The notes under the pieces are model-generated. The model saw only the letters and a list, made by a program, of their open reading frames with translations, had not been told where the DNA came from and ran no database searches. A stretch of DNA of 63,476 bases, counting the filler, from Saprolegnia diclina VS20 (taxonomy: Eukaryota): assembly GCF_000281045.1 (NCBI RefSeq). It is 3 parts of 2 records of this genome, joined end to end, with 100 filler letters (N's around TTAATTAATTAA, not from the genome) between each part and the next. Parts side by side here need not be neighbours in the genome. Positions count along the whole stretch, not along the records: positions 1 to 24,562 come from NW_008246074.1; positions 24,663 to 51,808 come from NW_008246074.1; 1 more part is not named here. The stretch is one strand, 5' to 3'. Shown here piece by piece: positions 23,687 to 36,600 of this stretch (position 1 is its first letter; each line of letters opens with the position of its first letter). Made by a program: the position numbers and the translations under genes.

Positions 23687-24562
23687 CACCACCTTTGCGT
23701 AAATAACGAAAATGATAGAGGAAGCCCACACTGCAGCATGCACGCGTCTCCGCACCCACGGGATGTCTACATGAGGGAGCACACAGCACTGTTAGTCGAC
23801 AACGCACCATTGTGTGCGGAGAACGCGTACCCTCTCGGTGTCGACTGTCTGCGTCTGAGCGACTCGATTTGCAAAAAGGAGACCACTATGTATTGCGTAT
23901 TCCCTGATAGACGTTTCCGTGGACGGTTCCGATGTTAGTATATCACAGCAGTCTACGCATATGTCATATTTGTCGTGGACGCGGAATAAAAAGAAATCGT
24001 GGGCATCGCTCTTCGGTCCCGTGGAGCGAATTTATGATTGTTCTGAGTCAGCACTAAATAGATCAGTGATGACAACGTTCTCTATTGCCAACTATCGCAT
24101 TGGGTTTGCGTCCCCGCAAGTCAAAACCACTGCTGCATCTTTGCAAGACGATGTCATTGTACAAAATTGTAGTCTCGCCCTCGTGACATTAGCGTTACAG
24201 AGAGACAAGGTATTACATCGTGTTGGAGAAGGCTACTACATTGAGGTCTGTTCTGAAACATTATCACTGAAGTTAGCAAAGAGATGACAACTATCAAATA
24301 TCCTGCAATGGGCGTTTTTGTTTAAAGCAAGGAGACTTATAGTCTTATTGTTCAAAGCAAGGAGACTATAACAGTGTTGTACCTGATCTACAGCAATGGT
24401 GTCCTTCTTATTGAGAGCGCCAGTGTACGCGCAATGCCGCAACCGCAGGCCGCTCGGGTCTCCTGGTACGTACGGGACGTCATCTCGTCTAGCTCTTGGG
24501 GTAGTAAGCAGGAGTGGCCTCCAGTACTCGAGACGCTTGACAGACACGGCTTTGCAAGGACA

Positions 24563-24662
24563 NNNNNNNNNNNNNNNNNNNNNNNNNNNNNNNNNNNNNN
24601 NNNNNNTTAATTAATTAANNNNNNNNNNNNNNNNNNNNNNNNNNNNNNNNNNNNNNNNNNNN
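24563..24662. other. Artificial contig-joining linker (44 N + TTAATTAATTAA + 44 N)
   Basis: Exactly 100 bp. TTAATTAATTAA at 24607-24618 gives stops in all six frames. The same structure is at 51809-51908. Confidence 0.95.
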
Positions 24663-24664
24663 GT

Positions 24665-27600
24665 GGTGCCGTCTCGATATCGACCGGGTCTGCCACAAGC
24701 GGCGCGGGCGGTGTCATTTCGCTTGCGGTTGGCACGGCTACGTCGGGTGTCGGTGGATTGCTTGCGTTAACCTCGGGTGGCAGCAGTGTCTCAACTGGCG
24801 GGACGCTGTCCATTTCGAGCGGTTCCGGCTCTGTGGGAGGTGATATCGCAATATCAGCTGGCGCCGGGTCGTCTTCAAGGGGCGGAGGGATCAATGTGAT
24901 CAGTGGGCCTGGAGCGACCTCGTCCAGAAGTGGCGATATAAGTCTCTCATCTGCCCCGGGTGGCAACAGCGGTAGCATTTTGATTGCGTCTGGTGTGGGC
25001 TCCGCTGGCTACGGTGGTAGCGTCAGCATCTCTGTCGGCAGTTCAAGCACAGGAACGGGTGGGACTCTCAGCTTGAAAAGTGGAGACGGCGTCGTCGGTG
25101 GTGCCACTTCCATCGTTAGCGGCGTGGCTTCAGCCGGAGCCTCGGGTGGTATCTCAATTGCAACAAGCGCCGCAACCAGCGGCGTTTCGGGAGCTTTAAC
25201 TCTCATGTCCGGTCCCTCTACGGGGGCGTCCAGTGGCGCAATTATCGCGACCGCGGGTGCTTCCGATACGAGCTCGGGTGGTGCTGTCCTTCTTACGGCT
25301 GGTGCCAGCTCCCTTGCTCTTGGTGGCGATAGCTCGCTTATCGGCGGTGCAGGTGTCATTGGTGGTGATGCCAGTCTCACCGGAGGCATCGGTGCGACAA
25401 ATGCCGGCGGTAACGTCCGGCTCGCTAGCGGTGTCGGTACAACTGTGTCTGGGGGCATTGTACTTGGTACCGCGGCGTCGAGCACCTCAGGTGGTATAAT
25501 GTTAACCACCGGCGAGGCCGCGTCAGGCACAAGCGGTACCATTACAGTATCCACCGGTGCGGGCAGCTCTGGGAACGGTGGCGGTATCTCTATCAGCGCT
25601 GGTAACTCGGCTATCGGTGGTGCTTTTACCGTCACAACTGGTTCGGGAAGCACTGGTGCCTCAGGCGCAGCAGCGATTACGACAGGCGTCGGTGCTGGTG
25701 GCAATGCTGGTGCGATCTCCCTGTCCAGTGGCGCATCGTCTGCAGGTGGTACCGGCGGGAACATCATTCTTTCAGTCGGCAATGGCGCCGTTGGCACGGG
25801 TGGCAGCCTGCTTCTCACGTCTGGTCTTGGCCAAGCATCGAGTGGTGGCGACATCAGCCAAACGGCAGGCGTCGGCACAATTGGAGGCAACATCCTACTG
25901 ACTGCCGGCGTCGGCAACAGCGGTGTTGGCGGAAACATACTTGTCTCTGGCGGCGCGAGTACGCGCTCAGTCACTGGAGGCGCAGTTATATTAACTAGTG
26001 GTACCGGCGCGACAAGTGGCAGACTTTCTCTCTCGACTGCGGCGGGCACTACAAGTGGATCTCTGACTCTGGCGACCGGCACAAGCTCAACCGGTGCCAG
26101 TGGAAACGTGCTGCTTAGTGCCGGCGCCGGAACAAGCTCACTTGGTGGCGCGATTAGCGTCATTGCTGGTGACTCGGTAACGGGTGGTCCAATTGCCTTA
26201 ACAAGCGGTGCTTCGAGCACTGGACCGTCTGGCAGCGTGACAATAGCAACGAATGCCGCTACGGGTGGCAACTCGGGCGTCATTTCACTCTCATCTGGCA
26301 ATGTTGCAACTGCTGGCACGGGTGGCACCATCTCTTTGTCCGTCGGGACGGGTGTTACGGGCACCGGTGGCCAAGTTAGAATTGCCGCTGGGCAGTCCAT
26401 ATCGGGTGGTGCCGTAGCCATTTCAAGTGGTGCCGCCACTTCGGGTGGCTCGGGCAGTGTTACCCTTGCTTCCAGTGCGTCCACTGGCGGCAACTCGGGC
26501 TCCGTCACTTTATCAACAAGTTCCGCTGCTGCAGGGACCTCAGGGGCCATTGTTGCATCTGTCGGAATCGGCGCTATCGGGACTGGAGGATCAATCGCGT
26601 TGGCTGCAGGAAATGCTGTCACTGGTGGTATCGTCACACTCACAAGTGGGTCCGCGACCGCGGGTCAATCGGGTGCTATTGTTTTGTCGACAAATTCGGC
26701 CAGTGGCGGCAGTTCTGGCGTCATTTCTCTCTCGACGGGGGTCGCTACAAGCGGCTCTGGCGGCAGCATCCTTGGGGTCATCGGTGCGGGATCGCTCGGT
26801 ACAGGCGGATCTGTGGCGTTCACGGCCGGCCCCGGAATTTCTGGTGGGCTGGTTCTTATCAGATCTGGCGCGTCGACAGCAGGCGCTTCGGGGAGCGTTT
26901 TTGTAAGCTCGAGCCCGGCAACGGGCGGGGCGTCGGGTGTCATTTCTCTGTCGACTGGAACGGCCACCGGTGCCGCTGGCGGTAGTCTTATTGGAACTAT
27001 CGGAAGTGGACCCGTCGGTACAGGTGGTTCGGTCAGTTTTACGTCAGGCGCTGCTCCCTCTGGAGGTACTATTGCATTGCTCAGCGGCGCCGGTACATCA
27101 GGATCATCGGGAGCTATCGGTATCGCGACCAACTCGGCAACCGGCGGCGCATCGGGATCCGTCAACTTGGCTACTGGCTCGTCTTCGAGTGCATCGGGTG
27201 GGTCTATCACTGCCTCGGTCGGTCTCGGAACTTCTGGGTCCGGTGGCTCAGTCGCACTTACGGCCGGATCGTCAACCACAGGTGGAGCCGTCTCTATTGC
27301 AAGCGGCAGCTCAACGGCTGGTGTTTCTGGTACCGTTGCTATATCGTCAGCGAGTGCTGCCGGAGGGAGCTCAGGACCTCTACAAGTGTCCACAGGAAAT
27401 GCTGTTGGCGGCGCTGGTGGAAATATGAATCTCATCGTCGGTGGAGGTGATGTCGGAACTGGCGGCGTCATCAACATGGTGGCTGGTACCGCTCCGAATG
27501 GCGGCAGTATTAACTTGGCGACCGGCGCATCTAGCCAAGGCACTTCAGGAAGCTTCGTTGTCGTGTCGGGTGCTGCATCAGGCTCCAATTCTGGCCTGGT

Positions 27601-30600
27601 GAGCTTCACGACGGGCGCTACGGACACTGGAACCGGTGGAAGTATTACGGCTGCTGTCGGGGCTGGCGTATCTGGCATAGGCGGCGCGATTGACCTTATG
27701 GCCGGTGAATCACTGGTTGGCGGAGACGTCAGTCTCACTTCTGGGCAGTCGCTTGCTGGTGTTTCGGGGCGCATTGTCTTGTCGACCGGCAGGGCGAGTC
27801 AAGGCAGTTCTGGCAAAGTCTTGATCCAAACGGGATCGACGAACAGCGCGACAAGTGGAGATATTGCCGCGACTGTTGGAGTTGGTCTGTCTGGCACTGG
27901 CGGAAGTGTTCTTATCACTGCCGGAGCCTCCGTCTCGGGAGGTGACATTCAGCTTAAGACCGGGACCTCAACAGCGGGTGCCTCCGGCACCTTGCTTTTG
28001 GCGTCAAACTCTGCTCTGGGCGGCTCCTCGGGGTCGATTGTACTTGCCACTGGTGCATCCAACACCGCAACAGGCGGCGGCATAACAATGTCCGCCGGCA
28101 GTGGCACCAGTGGCAGCGGTGGCGGCATACAAATTTATGCTGGACAATCTGTGACGGGGGGTTTTGTTCAGCTGACGTCCGGAGCTTCCACTGGGGGCGA
28201 TTCGGGCTCCCTACTGATTGCTACCAGTAACTCGGCCGGTGGCAACTCGGGCTCAATGGCGCTTTCGACTGGTGTTGGCACCGGCGGTGTCGGTGGCTCT
28301 ATATCGGCATCTGTGGGCTCATCCGTCGTCGGTGTCGGTGGCGCAGTCGCGATTAATGCTGGCTCATCTGTGTCTGGTGGCTCGATTACACTCCGAAGCG
28401 GCGCGTCAACGGCCGGATCATCGGGATCTGTGACAATTGCTTCCAGCAACTCAGTCGGTGCTAGCTCTGGTGTAATAACGCTGGCAACGGGCTCTGGCGC
28501 CACTGGCGGAGCTGGCGGAGCAATCATCGGCTCCGTTGGAAATGGCGTCGCTGGCTTGGGTGGCCCAATTACGCTGACAGCTGGCGCAAGTACCGTGTCG
28601 ACGGGTGGTAAAAGCGCGTTCATTGGTGGCGCTGGGACGTCTGGAGGCAGCGTCGAGCTCACGGGTGGCATTGGCAGTATCAACGCTGGCGGTCAAATCC
28701 TTTTAACTGGAGGCGGCAGCTCCGCGACAGTTGGTGGGAGTATTTCCTTGGCAAGTGGCACTGGTGCTATCACGGGAGGCAGTGGTGCAATCAACGTTGC
28801 GTCAGCAGGCGGTAGTGCTACGGGTCTTGTATCCGTCTCAACTGGCACGGCTACATGTGGAGCTGGCGGCGCCGTCAGTCTCATCGTGGGAAGCGGCACA
28901 TCGGGCATCGGAGGCTCCCTCGCGCTTCGAAGCGGTACCTCGGTCACGGGTGGATCTCTGTCTCTGACGAGTGGCTCGGGTACGGGTGGGAACTCTGGTG
29001 CAATCAGCTTGAGTACTGGATCTGCCACAAGTGGTCACGGGGGTAGTATTTCACTCACCACTGGGACATCTTCTTCAAGTGGCGCTGGCGGCGCTATCTC
29101 ACTTCTGGCCGGAAACAGCGCCATCGCAACCAGTGGTGCCATCACACTGACGGCCGGAAGCTCGTCATTTGCGACGTCTATTGGCGGCAGTGTGGCACTC
29201 TCGAGCGGCAGCGGGGCCTTGGGTGGCAACGTCAATCTTCAAGCAGGAGCAGGACAATCAAACGTGGGTGGCAATATCCAGGTTTCGGGCGGCACAAGTC
29301 TCACGTCAAGCGGCGGTAGTATTGCCATTACAAGTGGCGCTGGTGCTTCATCGGCCAGCAGTGGGTCTATTACGCTCAGTACGCCAACAAATAGCCAAGG
29401 TGGTGCGATACAACTCAGCACCGGACAAGGGACACTTGGATCTGGTGGCTCCATTGTGGTCAACGTTGGCTCTGGAAACACCGGCGTCGGCGGGTCTCTG
29501 AGTCTTGGCAGTGGAAACGCTGTTTCTGGTGGCATCGTGACAATCTCTAGTGGGACTTCAACGGCGGGCTCCTCTGGAGCTGTCAGCGTAACCTCTGGCG
29601 CTTCTAACGGTGGCAACTCTGGCACGCTTGCGCTCGCCACAGGGTCCTCTACGGGAGGTGCGGGCGGTGATATCTCTCTTTCAGTTGGACCTGGCGCTTC
29701 CGGCAATGGTGGCAACGTAAATGTGACCTCTGGATCAAGCTCAGCCGGCATCGGGGGCAAATTATCACTTGCTGCTGGCTCGGGAACGACCGGTGGCGCT
29801 ATTTTGTTGACATCTGGCTCTGGCGCAGCTGGTGCTGGTGGTGATATCTCTCTCAGCTCCGGCATCGGTGTCAACGCCGCGCAAAGCGGCAACATCCTTC
29901 TCGGGACTTCCAGCGACGCCACTACGGGCTATCTTCTGCTTACGACGGGTACCGCGTCGTCAGGCTTAAGCGGCAACATAGGCCTTGCCGTTGGGAACAG
30001 CAACTCGACGGGAGGAAATATCGCGATATCAAGTGGATCGGGCCCCGTGGGTGGAACAATCTCTTTGACAACCGGGGCTTCGTCCAATGGAGCTTCTGGG
30101 TCCATGACGCTGGTCTCGGGAGCCTCCGCCATGGGTAACTCGGGATCAATTTCGTTGGCATCTGGCCCGGCCATCGGCGGCACGGGGGGCGCCATTAGTG
30201 CTACTACTGGAAGCAGTGACACGAGCCAAGGAGCTCCGATTTCACTGTCGGCCGGTACGAGCTCAGTGTCAACAGGCGGCAAGGTAGGCTTGACGGCTGG
30301 TGTCGGAACTTTCGGTGGTAGCATCGAGATCAACGGTGGTCAAGGGTCATCTGCACTTGGTGGCAATCTCGTCATCACAAGTGGTGGTGGTGCAGTCGCG
30401 GCAACAAGCGGTAACATTTTAGCATCAACAGCACCTGGCGCTGCATCGGGCACCGTCACAGTTGCCACTGGCATGGCTACGAGTGGCTCTGGTGGCTCGA
30501 TTTTGATCTCCGCTGGTGCTGGCACAAGCGGTTTTGGCGGAACCGTGTCTCTCTCCGCGGGTGCTGGTGTGTCAGGCGGTGCAATCACTCTCCAATCTGG

Positions 30601-33600
30601 CCCCTCATCTACTGGCATGTCTGGCAGCGCAATGATTGCGACAAGCGCTTCGACAGGTGGCTCCACCGGTGCCATCAATTTGAACACGGGGTCCGCGTCT
30701 GGTGGTACTGGCGGGTTGATTGCTCTATCCGTCGGCAATAGTGGTAGTGGCTCGGGTGGTTCTATCTCTCTGGCTGCCGGGCCTAGCTTAACCGCCACGG
30801 GGGGGCGTTCTGCAATCACCGGAGGCAGTGGCACAGTCGGTGGTAACGTTCAACTGACGGGGGGTGCGGCGACGGCCTCAACAGGCGGCAATGTGGGCTT
30901 TGTGTCGGGTCTTGGTGCCACGGGATCTGTCAGCGGCTCGATTTCTGTAAGCACTGCTGCCAGTCCTACCTCTGGTGCTATATCCATTGTATCGGGACAA
31001 GGAAGCGCGGGTGCCGGTGGATCTATTGCTATCAGTGTCGGGAGCGGTAGCCAAGGAGCAGGTGGTTCCACGTCCATCAACAGCGGCTACGGCAGCACTG
31101 GCGGCGGTGTGGCCATTTCGTCTGGTGGCTCGTCTGCTGGAATTTCGGGAGGCATTACAATCTCCACGGCGGCATCGTCTGGCGGTTCAACGGGCCAACT
31201 CACGCTCAACACGGGCAATGCCACAGGTGGTACTGGAGGCAGTATTTTTGCCACTGTCGGCAACGGTGTCTCAGGAGCTGGCGGGAGCGTCTCACTCACC
31301 GCTGGTGCGAGCTCAATCGCGTCAGGGGGCAAAACAATGCTCTTCGGTGGCACTGGCACTGTCGGAGGAAACATCGAGGTGACTGCCGGGACAGGTTCTA
31401 GCGCTGGTGGGGGTCACGTTCTTTTGACAAGTGGGTCATCGGCTACTTCATCGACGTCTGGGACGATCACGCTCAGTACCGTCAGCACGGCTTCAACCAT
31501 TGGTGGAGCGATCTTACTCAGATCGGGCTCTGTAACTGGAAGCATCGGTGGCTCAATTGGACTCTCCGTGGGTCAAAGCACGGGTTCCGGTGGGGCTATT
31601 CAGCTTTCGAGCGGATCGGCTTCAGTTGGCGGCGCAACGTCAATCGTCAGCGGCGGTGGCACTGCGGGTGCATCCGGGTCTATTTCACTTTCGTCGGGGT
31701 CAGCTACAAGCGGTACCTCGGGCACAATCGGGTTCTCGACGGGAATCGCTACAGGAGGTACCAGCGGGGGCATATCTGCCTCCGTAGGTACAGGTACTAT
31801 AGGCTCTGGCGGTACCGTTTCTCTCACAGCTGGTTCTGGACCGCTTGGTGGCTCAGTGGCAATTGCAAGTGGTATGGCGTCGGCAGGCAAGTCCGGTGAC
31901 ATCGGACTTTCGACAAGTGCTGCGACTGGTGGGGCCTCTGGAGCGCTAATATTGTCTTCTGGGGCGGCACCGGGTGGTGCTGGCGGCGATATCACCGTGT
32001 CTGTCGGAAATGGTGGTGTCGGCTCGGGTGGAAGGGTCAATATTTCGTCTGGATCGAGCTTGGCCGCCTCGGGTGGGGCCATTACCTTATCCAGTGGATC
32101 AGGTCTCGTCGGCGGAGGGGTTAGTCTCATTGCTGGTGCCGGTTCATCTGGTAACGGCGGCGATATTGCGATTGCTTCGGGCGTTGCCTCGCCTTCTGGG
32201 ACGAGCGGTGCAATTTCATTGATTACCAACGACGGCACTGGTAGCGGATCAATTGCACTCACGTCTGGTGCGGGATCTTCTGGTTCTAGCGGCTCAATTA
32301 CGCTCTCAGCGTCGGCGAGTCACAGCTCGAACGGCGGTGGCCTCGATCTTACGAGCGGTGCCGGGTCAACTGGTGGCGGCTCTGTGCACGTTATCAGTGG
32401 TGCGTCTACTGTTGGCTCGTCCGGTGCAATGTTGCTGTCTACGGGCGCCTCAGCGACGGCATCCGGGGGGCTGCAGTTTTCAACGGGCCTCTCTCAAAGC
32501 TCCCAAGCTGGTGACATAACGCTCGCTGTCGGAAGCGGTGCACCAACGTCAACAACTGCCGGTGGCCAAATTTCTCTTTCTGGTGGCGATAGCTCGTCAT
32601 CTACGGGTGGTCAAGTCGTCTTGCAGAGCGGCGTCGGTACGATTGGCGGCGATGTATACATCAAAGCAGCGTCGGGCACATCTCTCCAAGGCGGAAACAT
32701 TATTGCCACTGCGGGAAGCGGCAACGGTGCCGTTGGTGGCTCGGTTCAAATTGCAAGCGGCGGAAGTACGACAATGGGACAATCTGGCAGTGTCTTGCTA
32801 AGTACATTGACAGCAAAGACGTCTGGCAGTGTCTCTATTTCGACGGGGGCTGCTACAAACGGGGCTGTCGGCGGCATCTCTGCTTCAATTGGCACCGGAA
32901 GTGTCGGTAGTGGCGGCGTCATTCAACTTTCGGCTGGCACGTCGGTCATCGGCGGCGGCATTTTGCTTTCAAGTGGATCATCAACCAACGGCGTGTCTGG
33001 GTCGATTGCTTTGGCAACGGCTGCGTCAACTGGGGGGATGGCTGGCGGTGTTTCCGTATCTACCGGTAGTGGTACTTGTGGCGCGGGTGGTTCAATTGCT
33101 CTCTCGGTTGGAGCTGGTGACACCGGCAACGGAAACGCAATCACGCTAAGCGCTGGCGCTACGTCGGCTCAAACCGCTACTGGAGGCAAAGTGAGTCTGC
33201 TGGGCGGCAACGGCGCGAGCGGTGGTAACCTTGAGTTGACGGGTGGCCAAGGATCGACCACAAATGGCGGCAATGTCGTGATCAAGACCAGTCTAGGGTC
33301 TCCCACGTCGAGCTCGGGCGCACTTGCACTGAGTACGTCTTCTGGAGCCATGGCAGGCGGTATCTCACTTTCGACGGGCTCGACGTCTTCTGGTGTTGGA
33401 GGGGCTATCTCTCTTTCCGTCGGTGCCGGTCTCTCTGGTACGGGTAGCTCTGTGACCGTATCAAGCGGATCGGGCGTCACTGGAGGAGGTATAAACCTAC
33501 TTTCCGGCGCGTCCAGCGCTGGGGCGTCTGGCGCCGTGTCATTGGCTTCCGGGGCCTCTTCCGGGGGTAATTCAGGGGCTTTGTTACTGACGACGGGTGC

Positions 33601-36600
33601 GCCAACTGCTGGTACTGGCGGAAGTATCTCCGCTACAGTCGGGAATGGAGTATCCGGTGCCGGCGGATCCATATCCCTTGCCGCCGGTAATAGCTCTGTT
33701 GCTGGTGGCGGCAAGACTGTCTTGATTGGTGGCAGTGGTATCTTCGGTGGTAGCGTGGAAATCAACGGCGGTACTGCAACCTCCACAACTGGTGGCAATA
33801 TTCTTCTTGCAAGTGGCACCGGTGCCGGTGTATCTCCGAGTGGCAGTGTCGTCATAACCACACCGAGTGGTGGCTCGAGCGGTGGTATATCTCTGCAATC
33901 CGGTCAAGGCACGTCCGGGTCCAGTGGACCCATCGTTCTGGCCGCTGGCACGTCAAGTACCGGCTTGGGTGGTGCTTTGAGTCTTTCAAGTGGCGCTGGT
34001 CCATCTGGCGGAACACTCTCGCTGATGTCGGGTGGATCAACGGCTGGTATGTCTGGCGTTGTAAATATACAAACCGGTGCTGCAACGAGCGGGTCGTCTG
34101 GCCCGGTCTCGATCACGACTGGGGTCGCATCAAGCGGCGGTGCCGGTGGCAGCATCACAACTGCTGTTGGTGCTGGTACGTCTGGGGCGGGTGGGTCAGT
34201 GTCCCTTACAGCTGGCACAAGCCCTTCTACTGGTGGACTTGTCGTGCTTGCCGGTGGTACTGGTGCTTCAGGTGGCGCGGTCAAGCTCATTGGCGGCACA
34301 GCGCTCACCAATTCAGGTGGAGCTGTCGTCATTAGCAGTGGTGACGCAGCTGCAACGAGTGGCGATGTGAGCCTGGGTACGAGCGGTGTTGGTACCAACA
34401 GTGGCTCTGTGCTGGTTACGACGGGCAACTCTGCTGGATTTGTGGGCACGATTAGCGCACTAGCTGGCAGCTCGTCTGGTTCAAACGGTGCCGCAATCAC
34501 TTTGTCCTCTGGTTCATCGACTCTCTCAACAGGCACCGGCGGGAGAGCATTGATGTCCAGCGGGAATGGTGCAACGGGCGGTAACATTGAGTTGACAAGC
34601 GGTGCCGGGTCCAGCTCCACCGGTGGCAATATCGTCTTGACATCAGGCACAGGAGGCTCGGCATCCTACAGCGGGTCCATCACGGTCATGTCAGCTGGCG
34701 GGGCTCCATCCAGTGGGAATATTGCATTGCAATCTGGAGCCTCGACTAGTGGAGCCAGTGGATCGATAACTCTCTCCAACGGCGACACCGGTGCTGGCAT
34801 TGGAAGCTCAATTGCGCTCATCGGTGGAAAAAGCTCGGCGGCTGCAGGTGGTAATCTCGGTCTCTCCGCTGGACAAGGCAGTATCGGCGGCAATATCCAG
34901 CTAACGGGTGGTGTCGGTGTATCGTCAAGTGGCGGTCGCATTCTTCTTACAAGTGGCCAAACCTCTGATGCTACCAAAGCGAGTGGTGACATCGTCATTA
35001 GTACAGGTACTGGGTCGACGACAGGTGCTTTGAGCCTATCCACGAGCGCTTCCTCCAGCGGTGGCTCGGGTTCCATTCGAGCCACTGTCGGTGCGAGTAG
35101 TGCTACTGGTGGCGATGTAACATTGTCGTCGGGTGGTGGCGCGACGGGTGGCCAAATTGCCTTCACGAGCGGCGCTTCGACTGCGGGCAAGTCCGGCTCC
35201 ATTGTCATTACAACGAGCGCAGCAGCCGGTGGTGACGCCAGCGGCATCACTCTGGCAACTGGAACGTCGACAACAGGCACCGGGGGTTCAGTAACTGCAA
35301 GCGTCGGCAGTGGTGTCTCTGGTACCGCTGGTAGTATTTTGATGGTCGCTGGCGCAAGCTCGGCTTCGACAGGCGGCATCGTAAACTTTTTGGGCGGCAA
35401 CGGTACTGTCGGTGGCAGTGTGCAGCTTGCAGGTGGATCTGGCACGACGTCATCCGGTGGAAGCATCCTCTTAATCAGTGGCATCGGCACGGCCGCGGCG
35501 TCGAGTGGGGGCATTTCACTCAGCACGAACTCCAACGCTGTCTCGGGTACAATTGCGATCCAGACGGGCGCTGGCACAAGTGGTACTGCTGGTGCCGTTT
35601 CAATTGGAGTCGGCGCCGGAGCTTCTGGGACCGGTGGAGCGATAACGTTATCAAGCGGTCAAGGACCCGTCGGTGGCAATGTTGCTGTTTCAAGTGGCGC
35701 ATCATCAGCCGGCGCCTCGGGAACAATTTCACTCTGGACCAGCGTTTCGACTGGTGGTAGCTCGGGTTCTATTGCTTTAACCACGGGTACGGCTACGGGT
35801 GGTGCCGGTGGTGGGATCTCAGCGTCTGTCGGTACGGGAACGTCAACTACTGGTGGTTCGGTAACACTGTCAGCTGGTGCTGGCCAAGGCACAGGTGGTG
35901 CCAACTCACTTCTCGCTGGCTCTGGAGTTACAGGTGGGGCTGCTCAAATAAGTGGTGGCTCAGCCTCGAGTGGAGCGGGTGGTGTGTCAGCCGTCATCGG
36001 TGGTGCGTCGACTTCGGCAACTGGTGGCGCTGTTCAGCTTACAGCCGGCAACGGCGCAACGATGTCTGGCTCCGTGCTCGTATCGACCACCTCATCGAGC
36101 AAGACCGGTGCCATAGTTCTGTCAACTGGATTGGCAACTTCTGGCAGCGGTGGCAGCATCCAAATTGCCGTCGCTGGTGGAAACAGTGGTGTCGGCGGGA
36201 GCGTCAGTCTCTCCAGCGGCAGCTCCGTGAATGGTGGTGGCGTGGCACTCAGCACAGGGTCGGCAACGACAGGTGCCTCTGGTGCAATCAACATTCAGAC
36301 GAGTGTGGCAACTGGGGGCAACTCAGGTATGATTATGCTGTCGAGCGGTGTGTCTTCTGGAGGCTCCGGTGGCGCAGTATCCATCTCTGTCGGTGCTGGC
36401 TCTAGTGGTGCTGGTGGTGGTATCCAATTTGTCGGAGGTCAAAGCACTGCAGCTGTCGGTGGCGCAATCAGGACCACAGCGGGTTCCGGGACGCTTGGTG
36501 GTGATGTACAAATCGCTGCTGGCCAAGGGACGTCGGCAACAGGGGGCAACATTATGCTCACTACTGGTAATGGTGCATCTACGTCGTCAAGCGGCGCGAT

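Noticed and set aside
24120..24420. Short duplicated TTGTT(T/C)AAAGCAAGGAGACT (about 24318-24367) and faint LRR-like peptides
   Set aside because: Two-copy micro-duplication in AT-rich DNA next to a contig end. The LRR resemblance is too weak and lies on conflicting strands.
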